A DNA stretch of 64,000 nt. Origin: an uncultured delta proteobacterium. GTDB taxonomy: Bacteria; Desulfobacterota; Binatia; UBA9968. This document shows positions 18,927 to 28,410 of the stretch, one piece after another. The position numbers and the translations under genes were made by a program. Within the stretch, counting starts at the first letter, position 1. Every line of letters begins with the position of its first letter. The notes under the pieces were generated by a model. That model worked only from the letters and a program-made list of their open reading frames with translations, was not told the DNA's origin and ran no database searches. The DNA lies in contig CAVTUQ010000009.1 in the NCBI GenBank assembly GCA_963737905.1, forward strand, positions 64,001-128,000. Direction: 5' to 3'.

Positions 18927-20192
18927 ATGCCAATGCGATTGTTCAAGCCGATGCTAATCCTAGTGGCGGCGGTCTGTTTGTCGTTTCCCTTGACCAGTCT
19001 GAGCCACCGCAAACCAAGCCCACTGACGGACTATGAGCTCGAGCTGGCGCAAATCGAAAAGGACATCGCTGAGATCGAAGGCGACGTATTTACCCCTCCG
19101 GTCGATATCGACAAGGGCCTCAAATTTCTGCACCGCATGTATCACCGCGTCCAGCTCACCGGCGGTGTGGCCGATGTGCAAGCGATGGAGCCCGCTATCG
19201 ATCGCGCGCTCCGGGAGCTCGGACCCTTGACGGGTCTCTACCTTCTCAAGGCCAATCTCGATTTCAAGCTTCATCGGCTGAAGCAAGCCGACCAGGACAT
19301 CGCGGCGCTTTCCCGGTTCGCGGGCGATGCGCGAATCGTGGCCCTAAAAGCCGGCATCGACTTTCAACGGGGCCGATACGAAGCCTCAAAAATGGGTTAC
19401 CTGAGCGCGGTCGAAAAAAACTCCACCTGGGATAATCTTGCTCGGCTCGCCTATGGGTTAGGGAAGTTCGGTGATGTCGATCTCGCCGACCGCCTGTACC
19501 GTCAGGCGGAAGAGGACATCTCGGTCAAGGAGATGCGCGCGTACGCCTGGGTGGAGTTGCAAAGGGGACTGTTGGATTTGAACCGGGGCCGCTATGACGA
19601 AGCGATGGGCCATTACCGGCAGGCCGGGAAGGCGTATTCCGGTTACTGGCTGGTCGATGAGCACATGGCGGAGCTTTTGGGCGCGACCAAAAAGTTCGAC
19701 GCGGCGGCGGCGCTTTACGAGTCGGTGGTCGCGCGTGCGCCGCTGCCGGAGCTTCAGCAGCGGCTCGGCGATCTCTACGTGTTCATGGGCAAGCCCGAAC
19801 AGGCAAGACCGTGGCACGACAAGGCGTTGGCGGGCTATCTCGATTCTGCGGCGCGCGGCGAGGTCAACTACTATCATCATCTCGCCGGATTTTATGCCGA
19901 CGTGCGCGGGGATGGCGCCGAGGCGGTTAAATGGGCAGAGAAAGACCTCGCGCTGCGCCCCCACTTCGCCACCCAGGACGCGCTGGCTTGGGCGTTGTAT
20001 CGCGCCGGCCGCTTCGAAGAAGCGCGTAACGTAAGCCGTGAAGCGCTTTCGTCCGGCGTAAAGGACGCGCACCTTTTCTTCCACGCCGCGATGATCCATC
20101 TGGCGGCCGGAAAAACCGACGAGGGCAAACAGCTTCTAAAGAAAGCCGGGGAGATCAACCCCGGCTACGAGAATTTTCATGCGCATCGCTGA
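18927..20192 (+). CDS. Exported tetratricopeptide-repeat protein
   Basis: Signal peptide, repeated A/L/Y helical units (DALAWALYRAGRFEEA), C-terminal FHAHR. Confidence 0.82.
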   Translation: MPMRLFKPMLILVAAVCLSFPLTSLSHRKPSPLTDYELELAQIEKDIAEIEGDVFTPPVDIDKGLKFLHRMYHRVQLTGGVADVQAMEPAIDRALRELGPLTGLYLLKANLDFKLHRLKQADQDIAALSRFAGDARIVALKAGIDFQRGRYEASKMGYLSAVEKNSTWDNLARLAYGLGKFGDVDLADRLYRQAEEDISVKEMRAYAWVELQRGLLDLNRGRYDEAMGHYRQAGKAYSGYWLVDEHMAELLGATKKFDAAAALYESVVARAPLPELQQRLGDLYVFMGKPEQARPWHDKALAGYLDSAARGEVNYYHHLAGFYADVRGDGAEAVKWAEKDLALRPHFATQDALAWALYRAGRFEEARNVSREALSSGVKDAHLFFHAAMIHLAAGKTDEGKQLLKKAGEINPGYENFHAHR

Positions 20193-21300
20193 ACGATTGA
20201 AGCTGTTTTTAATTTGCCTCTTCGTCTGGGCGGCCGTAGCGCCGCGCATCGCGACGGCGCATCCAGTGGCGCAAGGCGCGCTGGAGATCGTCGTACTTCC
20301 GGAACGAGTTAGCATGACCGCCCGGGTATCTATGGAAGAAGTGATCGTCGCCGAAGCTTACGTCGGGCGGAAAAACGCTTCGGCCCTGGAGATGGTGCAC
20401 GCGCACGGCGCGTATCTGCTCGCGCATTTCCGCGTCGCGGCGGATGGGCGGTTGCTCGACGGGCGCGTGGTCAAAGTTCCCGAACAAGCCAACGGCCGCC
20501 CGAGCTACCAGCTCGAATACCGGCTCGCGGGCGGCGCGCCCGGGCAAGTTGCGTTGGAACAGGACGTGCTGCGCGAGTTCGAGTTCGCGCCGGGCAATCC
20601 ATGGGAGGCGAGTTACGTGGTGCGTGTCCGGCGGGATGGCGGACCTGCGGTTGAGGGCTTGTTGTTGAGTTCCAAGCAGCCACTCATTCTCGATTTGAAC
20701 CGGATAACGTCCGGCATCGATAAAGCGCGGATGGTGAAGGAATACATTCATCATGGGATCATGCACATCCTGTCGGGTTATGATCATCTCCTCTTCATCG
20801 CCGCGCTGGCGCTGGCTGTCGCGACCTTGTGGGACCTGGTCAAAGTCATCAGCGCCTTTACGCTTGCCCACTCGATCACGCTCACGCTCTCAGTGCTGAA
20901 CGTCGTCAGGCTGCCGGAAAATATCGTCGAACCGATGATCGCGGCGAGCATCGTGTTCGTCGCCCTTCAGAACGTGATCGTGCCCGAGCGCAGCCGCGGC
21001 GCCGGCAGACTTTGTGTCGCTTTCTTTTTCGGTCTTTTCCACGGCCTCGGCTTCGCGGGTGGTCTACTCAGCGCGATGGAAGGAATGGCCGGTTTGGCGG
21101 TGGGTCTGGCCATCGCTGCGTTCAGCGCAGGGGTCGAGATCGGTCATCAAGTGGTCGTTCTCCCGATTTTTTGCGCTCTAAAAATGATGCGCGAGCGGAT
21201 GTCTCAGCAGTCGGCTTCAATTCCCGAACGTGTGCTGCGGTACGGTTCCGCCGGGATTTGTGCGGCCGGTATGTTCTACTTGGTTGCAGCGTTGCATTGA
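20179..21300 (+). CDS. HupE/UreJ-family membrane protein
   Basis: Signal then AHP, GYDHLLF, FTLAHSITL, VEPMIAASI, FGLFHGLGFAG, GVEIGH. Confidence 0.88.
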   Translation: MRIAERLKLFLICLFVWAAVAPRIATAHPVAQGALEIVVLPERVSMTARVSMEEVIVAEAYVGRKNASALEMVHAHGAYLLAHFRVAADGRLLDGRVVKVPEQANGRPSYQLEYRLAGGAPGQVALEQDVLREFEFAPGNPWEASYVVRVRRDGGPAVEGLLLSSKQPLILDLNRITSGIDKARMVKEYIHHGIMHILSGYDHLLFIAALALAVATLWDLVKVISAFTLAHSITLTLSVLNVVRLPENIVEPMIAASIVFVALQNVIVPERSRGAGRLCVAFFFGLFHGLGFAGGLLSAMEGMAGLAVGLAIAAFSAGVEIGHQVVVLPIFCALKMMRERMSQQSASIPERVLRYGSAGICAAGMFYLVAALH

Positions 21301-21360
21301 GATTACCGGCAAAGTTACCCAGCAACGGCTGCCGAACGGACGGAGCGGTAAGGAGGAAGA

Positions 21361-24087
21361 ATGAGCAGGAAAGATTGTTGTGTCGGAATATTGATGCTGC
21401 TCTGCGCGATCATCCTCGCGAGTTGCGGAGATCGGCCGAAGCCGGGCACCGTAGTGGACGAGGCCAAGAAGGCAGGGCTGACGGCCAAGGACCTGCCGGG
21501 ATCGGACGACGACTACCTGCGTGCCATGGATCGCGGCCTGGATGAAGAGGCGGTGCACAAAGCTCTGCCCTTCCTGTCCAAGGAAGAGGCCTGGAAGTCT
21601 TATAACCGAGGCCGCAACAACTGGGTCGTCTGGACGGCAGGCAACGACACGCTCTGGGATTACTTGGCCAACAACGCCTTCGGCGCCTTCGATCTATTGA
21701 AGATTGTCTCCTCCCATCCGGGGATCAGGTATTGCGGCAACAAAACCCCCGTGTACGGCTACGGCGGCAAGGGCGATTACGCCAAAGACCAGCAGTCCGA
21801 ATACGGCAAGGAGAAATCTTCTCCGGCACCGTATCCGCCGGGTTACTACGCTTACGACGAAGATGACGAGTGCAAGGGCGACGACCGCCAATTCTACGAA
21901 GTCTCCCGCGAGAACCGGTGGAAATATCTCGGCCTGGTCAACGAACCGGGCCTCCAACAGTGGGACCCCAAGGGCTGCGACTGGAAGAACGACAAGAAGA
22001 CCGATGACGAACCGTACGGCAAGTGCGGCGACCCCAATCGTTTCGGCCTCTGGCTGGACAAGCGCGTCGGCGCTCCCGACCCGTTCGAGGATGAGAAGAA
22101 ATATCCGGGCGTGAAAGTCGGAGCGCGTGGGAAGACCGTTCCGGCCGGCTCCTACTACGGCTATGCGAGCGGCGTCGTCGGACTACGACTCTTTCCCAAT
22201 CCCGCTTTCGACGAAGCGGCCAAAAAGAAATGGGATCCGATCAGGTACTACACCGACCCGGATTACTACAGCGACAAAAACCTGGTGCGCCCGTATCGGG
22301 TCGGGATGTCCTGCGGCTTTTGCCACGTCGGTCCAAGCCCCACCGAACCTCCCAAAGATCCCGAGAATCCGGAATGGAAGAACCTCAACTCCAACCCCGG
22401 CGCGCAGTACTTCTGGCTGGACAGAATCTTTTTCTGGAATCCGTATAAGCGGCACGAGAACTTCATCTACCAACTCTTCCACACTTCGCTTCCGGGGTCG
22501 CTCGACACCTCCCTCGTTTCTAGCGATAACATCAATAACCCGCGCACGATGAACGCCGTCTACAGCATCGCGGCACGTCTAAAGATGGCCGAGTTTCACC
22601 CGGAAAAATTGACCGGTGGCGAGCGCAACAACAGGCAGTTCAACGACTTCGACAGAACCAAAGTTCTCTCAAAATACTTCATACCACCGGACACCGTCCT
22701 CGCGCCTCACGTTCTAAAAGACGGCGCCGATTCGGTCGGCGTACTCGGAGCTTTGAACCGCGTGTACATCAACATCGGCCTTTTTAGCGAGGAATGGCTG
22801 CTCCATTTCAAGCCGCTGATCGGGAACCTCCCCGGAAAGAGGATCACGCCCATCGAGATCGCCGTACTGGAGAAGAATTCCACTTACTGGAACGCCAACG
22901 TGACGCAGACTCCCGATCTGGCGCTGTTTTTCCTCGCGAGCGCCCGGCCCGATTACTTGAAAGAAGCGGCTGGCGGCAAGGACTATCTCACCACGGATCA
23001 AAAAAAGCTCAATCACGGCAAGATCGTCTTTGCCGAGAACTGCGCGCGTTGCCACTCGGGGAAACAGCCACCGCCACCGCCCGAAATCGACTATGCAAAG
23101 TGCGGCGGTCCCGGTTACCTAGATTGCTGGAACCGCTACTGGAGCTGGACCAAGACGGAAGCGTTCAAGAAGCAGATGCGCGAGATCGTCATGCGCGACG
23201 ATTTTCTGGAAGACAATTTCCTCTCCACCGAGCTTCGCGTTCCCGTCACCTTGCTCCAGACTAACGCGTGCAGCCCGCTTGCGACCAACGGTCTCAGAGG
23301 AGACATATGGGACAACTTCACCTCCACGACCTACAAGGAGCTGACTGCCGTCGGCAAATTCACCGTCCACAAACCCAAGACGGGCGAGGCCTGGGAGTAC
23401 GACATGCCCGGCAAAGGGCGCGGGTACACCCGCCCCGCGTCGTTGATCAGCCTGTGGTCGACGGCGCCGTACTTGCTCAATAACGCTGTTGGACCTTTCT
23501 ACGGAGAACCCAGCGTCGAGGCGCGCATGGCGTCTTTCAACGAATCGATCCAGCAGATGCTCTGGCCGGAAAAGCGCCAGAAGGACTCGCTTCTGGGAGA
23601 CAAAGTCCCCGGCTACATGCAGCGCACGACGACGAGAAGTTACCTGAGAGTTGCGTGGGGATACTTGCCGGGGCAATTCGCGGCGTTTATGGACTGGCTT
23701 AGCGGCTGGCTCCCCTGGCTCTTTGGCCAAACCGGGCTTGAGATCGGCCCGATCCCCAAGGGAACGCCGGTCGGCCTCCTGGCCAACTTGCCATTGGTGT
23801 CTGAGAGCGAGCGTCCGGAAGACCGAGTGGCGTATGCCGAAAAGGTGATTGATTTGCTGAAAAAGGCCGGCAAGGATTTGAAGTCTCTGCCAGCCAATGC
23901 GACCGACGAGCAGGCGCGCGAGATCTTCGCCGGCGTCGGAGATCAGTTGCTAAAGCTCAGTAAGTGCCCCGACTTCGTTGTCAACCGCGGCCATTATTTC
24001 GGCACCAGTTATTTCAAGGATAAAGACGAGCCGGGACTCAGCGACGATGACAAGTGGGCGCTGATCGAGTTTTTGAAAACATTCTAG
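21361..24087 (+). CDS. Large di-heme c-type cytochrome lipoprotein (RoxA/CCP-like superfamily)
   Basis: Lipobox LASC, CGFCH and CARCH heme motifs, SLWSTAPYLLNN, C-terminal ALIEFLKTF; AGGAGG RBS. Confidence 0.78.
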   Translation: MSRKDCCVGILMLLCAIILASCGDRPKPGTVVDEAKKAGLTAKDLPGSDDDYLRAMDRGLDEEAVHKALPFLSKEEAWKSYNRGRNNWVVWTAGNDTLWDYLANNAFGAFDLLKIVSSHPGIRYCGNKTPVYGYGGKGDYAKDQQSEYGKEKSSPAPYPPGYYAYDEDDECKGDDRQFYEVSRENRWKYLGLVNEPGLQQWDPKGCDWKNDKKTDDEPYGKCGDPNRFGLWLDKRVGAPDPFEDEKKYPGVKVGARGKTVPAGSYYGYASGVVGLRLFPNPAFDEAAKKKWDPIRYYTDPDYYSDKNLVRPYRVGMSCGFCHVGPSPTEPPKDPENPEWKNLNSNPGAQYFWLDRIFFWNPYKRHENFIYQLFHTSLPGSLDTSLVSSDNINNPRTMNAVYSIAARLKMAEFHPEKLTGGERNNRQFNDFDRTKVLSKYFIPPDTVLAPHVLKDGADSVGVLGALNRVYINIGLFSEEWLLHFKPLIGNLPGKRITPIEIAVLEKNSTYWNANVTQTPDLALFFLASARPDYLKEAAGGKDYLTTDQKKLNHGKIVFAENCARCHSGKQPPPPPEIDYAKCGGPGYLDCWNRYWSWTKTEAFKKQMREIVMRDDFLEDNFLSTELRVPVTLLQTNACSPLATNGLRGDIWDNFTSTTYKELTAVGKFTVHKPKTGEAWEYDMPGKGRGYTRPASLISLWSTAPYLLNNAVGPFYGEPSVEARMASFNESIQQMLWPEKRQKDSLLGDKVPGYMQRTTTRSYLRVAWGYLPGQFAAFMDWLSGWLPWLFGQTGLEIGPIPKGTPVGLLANLPLVSESERPEDRVAYAEKVIDLLKKAGKDLKSLPANATDEQAREIFAGVGDQLLKLSKCPDFVVNRGHYFGTSYFKDKDEPGLSDDDKWALIEFLKTF

Positions 24088-24123
24088 CTCGATGTGCAAC
24101 TACGACGTGAAAGGAAATCACGG

Positions 24124-25308
24124 ATGAAAAAGACAGCCCTATTCTTTCTCGGTCTCGTGCTACTTCTCTTTCCGGCAGCCATCAAGAGTTCGGATCACGC
24201 CGATCCGATCAATCTTGAAGTGTTGGAATCCGGCATCACCGACCTCTTCGCCTTTCCGGACGGTGACCAGATGATCGTCATCCTCAATACCCGGCGGGCT
24301 CTGACCGCGCCGCCGCCGTACCAACTCGAGCCTTTCGAGTTCGCGATCTTCATGGACCTTCACACCCAAGTCACTGTCGACAACGCCGAGGAGCGCGCGC
24401 GCTACGGCGGTTCGATCGCCAACCCCGAAGGCATCAAACCCGACGTCACGATAAAAATCCGCCTCAAGAACGACGTCACGTTGAACAGCATCCAGTACCA
24501 AGGTCTGGAAAACACCAATGGCATCAAGCTGTTCACCGGCGTGCGCGACGACCCATTCATTTTCCCGCGCTTTTTCAAGCGCAACACGATTGCAATGGTG
24601 CTGAGCATCCCGTTCTCCGCGTTCCCCCAGGACCAGCGGGACTGGATACTGTGGGCGACCTCGACGCGGCTAAAGGACGGCGTGCAGATCGACCACGTCG
24701 GCCGGTCTAATCGTTCGCAGCAGGGCCGGTTTGATTTCTTAAACACGCTGCCGCCGAGCCAGCACGTGGCGGCGATCAAGGCGTATAACCAAACCAGGGT
24801 GCGAATCGAGAAGTCCCTGATGGAATACTTGCCGCCGCTCGTGAACGGGTTTCAACCGTTATTTAAAATTCGCTCCTACGACTATTTCCCCGACGTGATG
24901 ATCTACACCAAGCAATATCCGATTGGATTTCCTAACGGACGGACGTTGACCGACGACGTCGCGCTGTTGACTTGCGAGCAGGGGGACTGCCCGCTGGTCG
25001 AGAGCGCCTATGTTGACAGCCCGCAGTGGCCGCGCGCGACGGTCAATGACAAGCCGTTCCTGAAAGAGTTTCCCTATCTCGCAGAGAAGTGGGAAGAAAG
25101 TGAAATAGCGCCGAAGCCGGCAGAGCCTGTCGGTGTTTTCAGCGCGCTGGCGGCGGCCTGGGACACCGGGAAATTCTTTACCGAAGCGACCGCGAACTGC
25201 TGCACGCCGGTCAAGAGAACTGCGATTGCGGCGATCATTCTGGTGCTCCTGATAATACCGATATTGGTCTGGCTGATTACTCGATGGCGTCGCCGGGTGA
25301 AAACCTGA
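24124..25308 (+). CDS. Second DUF4331-family protein with C-terminal TM anchor
   Basis: Signal then SDHADP, ITDLFAF, GVRDDPF, IDHVGR, FPNGRTLTDDV, FPYLA, TM plus RWRRR tail. Confidence 0.8.
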   Translation: MKKTALFFLGLVLLLFPAAIKSSDHADPINLEVLESGITDLFAFPDGDQMIVILNTRRALTAPPPYQLEPFEFAIFMDLHTQVTVDNAEERARYGGSIANPEGIKPDVTIKIRLKNDVTLNSIQYQGLENTNGIKLFTGVRDDPFIFPRFFKRNTIAMVLSIPFSAFPQDQRDWILWATSTRLKDGVQIDHVGRSNRSQQGRFDFLNTLPPSQHVAAIKAYNQTRVRIEKSLMEYLPPLVNGFQPLFKIRSYDYFPDVMIYTKQYPIGFPNGRTLTDDVALLTCEQGDCPLVESAYVDSPQWPRATVNDKPFLKEFPYLAEKWEESEIAPKPAEPVGVFSALAAAWDTGKFFTEATANCCTPVKRTAIAAIILVLLIIPILVWLITRWRRRVKT

Positions 25309-25338
25309 TCACGCGATCGTCTTTAGGGAGCGGAAGTT

Positions 25339-26412
25339 ATGGATGCGGAGTTTTTCGGGATTGAAGGAATCACCGATGAAGATCGCGCCTATCAAGGCTC
25401 GCGGTTCTCGGAGGTGCAGGGCGTGCTCTTTGCCAATCCTTACCAGAAAGTTTGGGGCCGCGCCGGCGAGCCCCCGTTGCCCGTCTACGAAGTGACGCTC
25501 GGCAGCGTTTTGCGCGGCGTCCTGCCGTTCGGCGAGCCGTATCTGTTTCGGAAGGCCACCGAGCGTGCCGTCGATTCGCACGCCGATTTGCGTTGGGGCC
25601 CCGACCGCAAGGGTTATCGCCGCCTGCTTCATCCGAACGGTATATGTCTTACGGGCTTTTGGGAGATCACCGAAGAGAATCCATATTCGGGTTACTTCCA
25701 AAAAGGCAGCCGGGCGCTGGCGATCGGACGCTATTCCACCTGCTGCACGGAAACGCGGCGCGGCCATGCGCGCTCGCTGTCGTTGGTGGGGAAGCTCTAT
25801 CCCACCACTGACCCGAAGCACTTAGAGCCGTTTCACACCGCCAACTTCATCACCCAGCAGGATATCGGCGGTGACTATAGCGACTATATCAACGACGCGG
25901 AAGTGCGCAACGCTCCCGACACCCGCCTCTGGCGCCGGGGGGGCGCCGTGCCGGTTCTGCTGGTGACGGGCGCGGTGTTTCAGCGCGTCGATAAGCAACC
26001 TTCGCAGCGCCAGCTGTATCAGATCGCCGAGCTTGGCAAGCCGAAGGACGCGCCCACGCGCGCGCCGGAGTTCATGCGCCTGTTGGTCGCGCCGGAGCAG
26101 CCCAGGATCGAAGGCGCAGCGTTAGATTTTCGCGACGAGATCATGGCGCAGATTTTCGATAAGGGCGATCCGAAGCCAAAGCGCACGCTCACCTTCAACA
26201 TCGAAGTGACCGACGAGGGATCGACGCGCGGATTGCCGTTCTTCCAGCGACGCTCGTTCAAGAATTGGCGCCGCATCGGAAGAATGGTCTTCGATAACGC
26301 CGTCGCCTCTTACAACGGTGATTTCGTCATCCACTTTAGCCATCCCACCTGGCGCAACGATCGCAACGACCCCTCGACCACCGCCCGCGTCGGCGGGCGT
26401 AAAGTGCGCTGA
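25339..26412 (+). CDS. Catalase-related heme-domain protein
   Basis: RRLLHPNGICLTG distal-His motif, YSGYF, IGRYS, RSLSLVGKL, WRRIGRMVF; short length typical of mini-catalase-like proteins. Confidence 0.65.
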   Translation: MDAEFFGIEGITDEDRAYQGSRFSEVQGVLFANPYQKVWGRAGEPPLPVYEVTLGSVLRGVLPFGEPYLFRKATERAVDSHADLRWGPDRKGYRRLLHPNGICLTGFWEITEENPYSGYFQKGSRALAIGRYSTCCTETRRGHARSLSLVGKLYPTTDPKHLEPFHTANFITQQDIGGDYSDYINDAEVRNAPDTRLWRRGGAVPVLLVTGAVFQRVDKQPSQRQLYQIAELGKPKDAPTRAPEFMRLLVAPEQPRIEGAALDFRDEIMAQIFDKGDPKPKRTLTFNIEVTDEGSTRGLPFFQRRSFKNWRRIGRMVFDNAVASYNGDFVIHFSHPTWRNDRNDPSTTARVGGRKVR

Positions 26413-26460
26413 CGTTGCGGCCTTCGAACGGTGACGAAGAAGATGCGAACGAGGTGAACT

Positions 26461-28344
26461 ATGAACTCAGGAACTAACGGACAGAGTGATTTTGAATACA
26501 TCGTGGTCGGCTCGGGCGCCGGCGGCGGAACCGTCGCGGCGCGATTGGCAGAGGCCGGGCACAAAGTGCTCGTACTGGAAGCGGGCGGCGACCCGTACAA
26601 ACTGAAGGGCGGTGTGCGGTGGGACCCGAAAAGAATCAGCTTGCCGGACGATTATGACGTTCCGTGTTTCCACGGTATCTCCACCGAGAGTGACGCGATC
26701 CGCTGGGACTTCTGGGTGCGTCACTACAGCAACGATCAGCAGCAGCAGAAAGACCCCAAGCATCGCGACATCAACGGAGAGCCCAGGATACTCTATCCAC
26801 GAGCCGGGGGCTTGGGAGGCTGCACGACGCACAACGCCATGATTACGGTCTACCCCCACAACAAGGATTGGGAAGATCTCGCCGATCTGACGGGCGATCC
26901 TTCGTGGAAGGCGGAGAACATGCGCAAGTATTATCAGCGCATGGAGAACTGTCATTATCGAAGGTTTCCGTGGCGGTGGATATACAAACTCTTTGGCTGG
27001 AATCCCATACGTCATGGCTACGACGGCTGGCTCTCCACAGAAGTCGCGGTTCCGGTTGAGGCGCTGAAGAAAGATAAACGACTCGTGGAGGTGATTGTAA
27101 AATCGGCCAAAGCCGCGGCAAAGAGTGTTGAGATGCCCGTCAAGCGTGTCTGGTGGTCCTTGCTCGGCCGGCTCGACCCGAACGACTGGCGCTTGGTGAA
27201 CGATAACGCGGTCGGAATTCGGCTGCCGCCTTTGGCCACGTATCGGCGCCGTCGCAACGGCACACGGGAATTTTTGCTGGATGTCCAAAAGAGATATCCG
27301 GGCAATCTGACCATAGAGCTTAACGCTCTTGCAACCAAAGTGTTGTTCGATGGGAAGAATCGAGCGGTCGGCGTCGAGTATCTCAAGGGCGAGAGGCTGT
27401 ACCGGGCCCACTGCGATCCCAGTGATCAGCCGAGCGAAGAAAAGTCGGTCCGGGCAACGCGCGAAGTGATCCTCGCAGGCGGCGCCTTCAACACGCCGCA
27501 GCTTTTGATGCTTTCCGGAATTGGGCCGAAGGACGAGCTGAAGAAACACGGCATCGATGTTCGCGTCGGTCTTCCCGGCGTGGGACGAAATCTCCAGGAC
27601 CGCTACGAGGTCGGCGTCGTCAACCGGATGAAAACAGACTGGACTGTCCTTAAAGACGCCATGTTCGATACGAGTGACCCACAGTTCCAAGATTGGAAGG
27701 GAAGCCAACGCGGCGTCTACATCACCAACGGGGCGGTCATCGCTGTCATCAAAAAGTCGGACAAGTCGCGCCCGCTACCCGATCTCTTCTGCTTCGCGCT
27801 GGTGGGTAAGTTTCGCGGCTACGAGCCGAACTATTCGCAGGAGATCGTCCTTCACCACAACTATCTCACCTGGGCGGTTTTGAAGGCGCATACGAACAAC
27901 ACCGGAGGCACAGTCGCTTTGAAATCCGCCGACCCACGCGAAACGCCCGAAATTAATTTCCACTACTTCGAAGAAGGGACGGGCAAATGGGAAGAAGACG
28001 TCGAGTCGGTGGTCGGTGGCATCAAGTTTGTCCGCGCGATCAACTCACACGTCCAGGATGTTTTCGAGGAAGAAGAGGCGCCGGACCAGGAGGAGCGAAA
28101 GGATCTGGCTCAATTCGTAAAGGATAACGCCTGGGGCCATCACGCCTCCTGTACTTGCAAGATCGGGCGCCAAGACGATCCGATGGCGGTCCTCGACGGC
28201 AATTTTCGAGTGTATGGGACCGAGGGCCTGCGCGTGGTCGATGCCTCCGTGTTTCCAAGGATCCCGGGATTTTTCATCGTTACTTCGGTTTACATGATCG
28301 CGGAAAAGGCGGCCGACGTGATTCTCGCCGATGCGAGAAGATAA
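26461..28344 (+). CDS. GMC-family FAD oxidoreductase
   Basis: VVGSGAGGG, LEAG, YPRAGGLGGCTTHNAM, TPQLLMLSGIG, GHHASCTC, LRVVDASVFP. Confidence 0.92.
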   Translation: MNSGTNGQSDFEYIVVGSGAGGGTVAARLAEAGHKVLVLEAGGDPYKLKGGVRWDPKRISLPDDYDVPCFHGISTESDAIRWDFWVRHYSNDQQQQKDPKHRDINGEPRILYPRAGGLGGCTTHNAMITVYPHNKDWEDLADLTGDPSWKAENMRKYYQRMENCHYRRFPWRWIYKLFGWNPIRHGYDGWLSTEVAVPVEALKKDKRLVEVIVKSAKAAAKSVEMPVKRVWWSLLGRLDPNDWRLVNDNAVGIRLPPLATYRRRRNGTREFLLDVQKRYPGNLTIELNALATKVLFDGKNRAVGVEYLKGERLYRAHCDPSDQPSEEKSVRATREVILAGGAFNTPQLLMLSGIGPKDELKKHGIDVRVGLPGVGRNLQDRYEVGVVNRMKTDWTVLKDAMFDTSDPQFQDWKGSQRGVYITNGAVIAVIKKSDKSRPLPDLFCFALVGKFRGYEPNYSQEIVLHHNYLTWAVLKAHTNNTGGTVALKSADPRETPEINFHYFEEGTGKWEEDVESVVGGIKFVRAINSHVQDVFEEEEAPDQEERKDLAQFVKDNAWGHHASCTCKIGRQDDPMAVLDGNFRVYGTEGLRVVDASVFPRIPGFFIVTSVYMIAEKAADVILADARR

Positions 28345-28410
28345 GGAGATTCGGCGATTCCTGGTGCGTACAAAAATTTTTTACGCTGGTCGGCCTGCCT
28401 AAATGCGGAA

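Noticed and set aside
26467-27708. Long antisense ORFs (also 30102-30956, 43043-43867, 17721-18407, 9665-10321)
   Set aside because: Shadows of well-supported genes on the opposite strand in GC-rich DNA, with no motifs
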